Below are positions 60,625-64,000 of a stretch of DNA of 64,000 nucleotides, piece after piece. Origin of the DNA: a virus. The notes beneath the pieces were generated by a model that worked only from the letters and a program-made list of their open reading frames with translations, ran no database searches and was not told where the DNA came from. Within the stretch, counting starts at the first letter, position 1, and each line of letters opens with the position of its first letter. Location of the stretch: the IMG/VR virus record IMGVR_UViG_3300030102_006951, positions 64,001-128,000 of that record; one strand, 5' to 3'. The translations under genes were made by a program, and so were the position numbers.

Positions 60625-62124
60625 ATGAATAGTAATTTAATATTAAGAGTACTTAACAGTCCTTGGATAACACCAGAGCCCGATATTACTAAGGGTTCTG
60701 TGTTATCTCATGACGATGTAGATAATAACTTTATTTATTTAAAGGGTGAGGTGGTATATACAGCTCAAACTTTAGGTAGCACCATAACACTTAAGAAAAT
60801 AAATGGTAATGATATATCGTTTGATATTGGTGGTTCTGGGGGTAGTGGAGTTTATTGGACTTCTGGTTCCACTGGTAATGGCTCAATAAGGGTTGTTAAT
60901 GGAGGTACTACTGATTCTGAGGGTGATTATAGTTTGGTCACTGGTTTTGATAATTTAATTAGTTCTTTAGGTGGTATTGATTCAGCTGATAATTCTTCAA
61001 TAATAGGTGGTAATCAAAATACTTTAGATAGGAGTAACGATTCTTCAATAATTGGAGGTAATTTAAATTTTATTAGAAGAGATAATAAAAGGTCTTTAAT
61101 ATTAGGTGGTCATAAGAATCAAATGTTAGGGCTATATAATACATCAATTAGTGGTATAACTACTTCTGATAATTCTATTATTGGTGGTAGTGATAACACG
61201 GTGGCTAACTCTTCAAACAGTGGTATATTGGGTGGTTTAGATAATGTTATAGAATCTACTGAAGGAAACTTATTGATACAGGATACCATACAAAATTCAC
61301 ATATAATTGCTGGTAGAGATAATGTAATCTCACCATCACATATTGATTCTGTAATTCTTGGTGGTAGAGAAAACTCATTAGTTGGTAATAGAAGTAATCC
61401 ACTTAATACTAATATTGATGGGATTGAGAATGGAATACTTGGTGGTTATCAAAATAAAATATCTTATGTTGGTAGAAACGGTATAGTTGGTGGTACTAAC
61501 AACTTAATAAATGGTGAGGGTAACCCAACTAATAATGTTATTTGTGGTGGTGATAGTAATCATATTAAAGAACTTGCAAATATAAACTCATTTATTGCTG
61601 GTGGTGTTAATAACACCATAGATGCAGAATTATCTACCCCTTCTAGGTATTCACCTAATTCAGCAATAATAGCTGGTAGTGGTAATACAATATTCGCTGA
61701 AAGTACTGAAACAGACGGTAACATAGTAATAATAGGTGGTAATAATATTACCGCAACTAGTAAAAATACGGTATATGTTCCTAATTTAGAAGTGACTGGA
61801 CAGGCTTATACACCTATTCATGATAATTTAACTGGTAGTACGTCATTCATTCCAGACTGGAATAATTCAAATGTACAAATATTAACTCTTAGTGGCAATA
61901 CTAGTATTAGTGGTGGTATAGCTACAATGAAGGGTGGTTCATCGTATACCATGATAGTTAAGCAATCTAACGGTGGTTCTCATAGTATAACTTGGGATTC
62001 TACTTATAAGTGGGAAGATGGTTTGGCTCCAGACCTAACATCTGCTGATGGTTCAGTGGATATATTAACATTCATATGTGACGGAACTAATTTACACGGT
62101 TTAATAGCAAAAAACTTTCAATAG
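60625..62124 (+). CDS. tail fibre protein with IIGGxxN solenoid repeats
   Basis: Shared N-terminal anchor; many GG-N repeats; C-terminal ITW...W..G.AP.LT...VDILTF domain. Confidence 0.75.
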   Translation: MNSNLILRVLNSPWITPEPDITKGSVLSHDDVDNNFIYLKGEVVYTAQTLGSTITLKKINGNDISFDIGGSGGSGVYWTSGSTGNGSIRVVNGGTTDSEGDYSLVTGFDNLISSLGGIDSADNSSIIGGNQNTLDRSNDSSIIGGNLNFIRRDNKRSLILGGHKNQMLGLYNTSISGITTSDNSIIGGSDNTVANSSNSGILGGLDNVIESTEGNLLIQDTIQNSHIIAGRDNVISPSHIDSVILGGRENSLVGNRSNPLNTNIDGIENGILGGYQNKISYVGRNGIVGGTNNLINGEGNPTNNVICGGDSNHIKELANINSFIAGGVNNTIDAELSTPSRYSPNSAIIAGSGNTIFAESTETDGNIVIIGGNNITATSKNTVYVPNLEVTGQAYTPIHDNLTGSTSFIPDWNNSNVQILTLSGNTSISGGIATMKGGSSYTMIVKQSNGGSHSITWDSTYKWEDGLAPDLTSADGSVDILTFICDGTNLHGLIAKNFQ

Positions 62125-62127
62125 TGT

Positions 62128-63816
62128 ATGGGATTTTTTACGCCATTTGTATATAGAAAGGGTGTTACTCAAGGTGGTGGGGGTAACCTACCAAATGGTT
62201 TTGACGTATTAGATGGTCATAATGCTATTATTTGGTTAGATAGTTCTATAGATGTATTTAATGATGCGTCTGGCACACTAGCTTCAACTGGACAAACAGC
62301 ATATCAATGGAACGACCAAACGTCCTATAATAATCATGCTATACAATCTAATTCTAGTAATAGACCCACATACACAAGTGGTGGTACATGCATTAATGAA
62401 GGTAAAGTATTATACTTTGATAAAGATGAAAACGATTTTATGTCAGTTACTAATGACGCCTCTTTTAATACTTTATCTGGGTTAACGTTATTTATGTATT
62501 TTAATAAGAATGATTCTCAGGATTGGTTTACTTGCTGTGATGTAATTACCGAATATGCTGACGGTGAATTTACTTATCCAGCTTCACCTTTTGGGGGCTG
62601 GACCGTAGATTGTGTTGAGCAAAATGTTGATGAATCTTATCTCAGATTTTCATATAGCGACCCAGCCGAATCGTCACCTTATGGATATAATGAATTAAAA
62701 ATTAGGACACCTAAATTGGATGACTCTGCTTCCAATGAATTTGAATTATATACATTTAGAGTTGGTGGTTCTGGGGGTACTGAACCCACACTTATTGAGT
62801 CTTGGATAAACACCACTTTTGAGGATAGCGAGTTGGGTGATGGTAGTGGTATCACTTATACTACAACTACTGAGCCTTTGAGTATTGGTGGTTCATCGGT
62901 TTCCACTAATAATCCGTCACCAGTTTCTTTTGGTAATTATATATTATATGATGGTCCATTAAGTAATTCAGCTGTCACTAAAGTTCAAAATTATATTATT
63001 AACAGATGTTGGGGTGATAGTCCTACACCACCTAGTGGTGATTTATTATTAGACTTGGACCCGACAAAGGGTGTTTATAGTGATGATGGTGTAACTTTTG
63101 CTTCTGACGGCTCTGATGTTTATAGGTGGGACGACCAAAGTAGTTATAATAATAATGCCATAACTAATAGAGTTATTTATGATAGTGGTTCTACTGACCC
63201 CACATTTAATGTTTTCGGTAATGCTGGTAAGCCAAATGTATTCATGTCCTGGTTTAATGATGAGACATTTGTTGTTGATAATTCTGATGCAGATTTTGAT
63301 GTTCAAGAATTAACTATGATTGCTGTTGTTGAACCTTATCAAACTAACCCAGGTTCTGGGGCCCCGTTAATATCAAATAACTGTACTTTTGGAGGTTCGG
63401 GTGTTAATGGTTATACTATTGAAGTTATAGGTACTTCTGGTAATAGGAAGTGGGCTGTTTGGATGCAAGGAACTGGCGTTAATGATAACTTCGGTAATGA
63501 ACCAGCTTATACGGGTGGCACACCACAAATAGTAACTTGGAGGTTTAGTGCTGGAACAATTGGTCAGCAATATGTTCAAATAAATAATGAAGTTAAAATG
63601 TCTGGAGATGCTGAGACTAGTATTAATTTTGGATTACCTAGTGATTTGTTAATTAATAGTAGATTTAATGCTGCTGTAGCTAATTGTGATGAGACTAATT
63701 TATCCCCAAACTTGGGTATGTATGTCTATAGATTAATGATTTATGGTGAATACCTGGATGATGCAACTATAAATAGTTTTATATCGGATTTAAATGATTT
63801 CCATGATATTTATTAA
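62128..63816 (+). CDS. tandem LamG/ConA-like domain virion protein (putative receptor-binding)
   Basis: Two repeats starting WLD/LD..V..W.DQ.SYNN.A and ending ILYD/MIYG..L. Confidence 0.7.
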   Translation: MGFFTPFVYRKGVTQGGGGNLPNGFDVLDGHNAIIWLDSSIDVFNDASGTLASTGQTAYQWNDQTSYNNHAIQSNSSNRPTYTSGGTCINEGKVLYFDKDENDFMSVTNDASFNTLSGLTLFMYFNKNDSQDWFTCCDVITEYADGEFTYPASPFGGWTVDCVEQNVDESYLRFSYSDPAESSPYGYNELKIRTPKLDDSASNEFELYTFRVGGSGGTEPTLIESWINTTFEDSELGDGSGITYTTTTEPLSIGGSSVSTNNPSPVSFGNYILYDGPLSNSAVTKVQNYIINRCWGDSPTPPSGDLLLDLDPTKGVYSDDGVTFASDGSDVYRWDDQSSYNNNAITNRVIYDSGSTDPTFNVFGNAGKPNVFMSWFNDETFVVDNSDADFDVQELTMIAVVEPYQTNPGSGAPLISNNCTFGGSGVNGYTIEVIGTSGNRKWAVWMQGTGVNDNFGNEPAYTGGTPQIVTWRFSAGTIGQQYVQINNEVKMSGDAETSINFGLPSDLLINSRFNAAVANCDETNLSPNLGMYVYRLMIYGEYLDDATINSFISDLNDFHDIY

Positions 63817-63845
63817 TAAATAATAAAAAGTATAAAAACAAAAAC

Positions 63846-64000
63846 ATGTCTTCTAACAATAATTTAATTTTAAGAGTACTTAATAGTCCTTGGACTGAAT
63901 ACAGCCCTTTGGATGTTAAACTAATGAGTAAAGTAGAGTTTACGAATGTAGATTATCCATTTTATAAATCATTAGATAATAACTTTATTTATTTAAAGGG
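63846..64000 (+). CDS. third fibre paralog (truncated by the window end)
   Basis: Manual translation MSSNNNLILRVLNSPWTEYSPLDVKLMSKVEFTNVDYPFYKSLDNNFIYLKG. Confidence 0.75.
   Translation, partial: MSSNNNLILRVLNSPWTEYSPLDVKLMSKVEFTNVDYPFYKSLDNNFIYLK

Noticed and set aside
1-64000. Stop-codon reassignment as in some jumbo phages
   Set aside because: Core genes are full length in the standard code, and TAG/TGA end genes at sensible places (e.g. 18471, 24044).
1-64000. tRNA/rRNA genes, introns, inteins, integrase or IS elements
   Set aside because: None recognised by eye; intergenic gaps are short and AT-rich, and TerL, thyA and the capsid gene look uninterrupted. tRNAscan or Infernal would be needed to exclude them fully.

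Overview
AT-rich fragment of a large T4-like (gp17/gp20/gp21/gp23-type) jumbo phage genome, read in the standard genetic code. The host is probably Bacteroidota, inferred from the lack of Shine-Dalgarno motifs and a cargo protease with a T9SS-like tail. Layout: a partial clpC (1-1707, -); a short + block (KTSC protein, thyA); a + strand head module (candidate internal head proteins, TerL, portal, PAS protein, prohead protease, scaffold, major capsid, M43 metalloprotease); a long - strand block (24-50 kb) with baseplate-like genes, a gp55-like sigma factor, PhoH, nucleotide enzymes and a large glycan cluster (GT2/GT-B/GT6/GT11, GDP-mannose 3,5-epimerase, two FkbM methyltransferases, sulfotransferase); and a + strand tail-fibre module with a 2355-aa protein built from Cys-bracketed coiled-coil cassettes. 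Highlights that the ORF track does not show: a 36-aa, 13-Cys metallothionein-like ORF (24355-24465, -); a likely -1 frameshift at 5432-5444; an ATATTTAT late-promoter candidate; and strong [ST]-G-x-T enrichment in tail proteins, which may be the acceptor sequon of the phage glycosylation system. All calls come from reading motifs by eye; no database searches were run.
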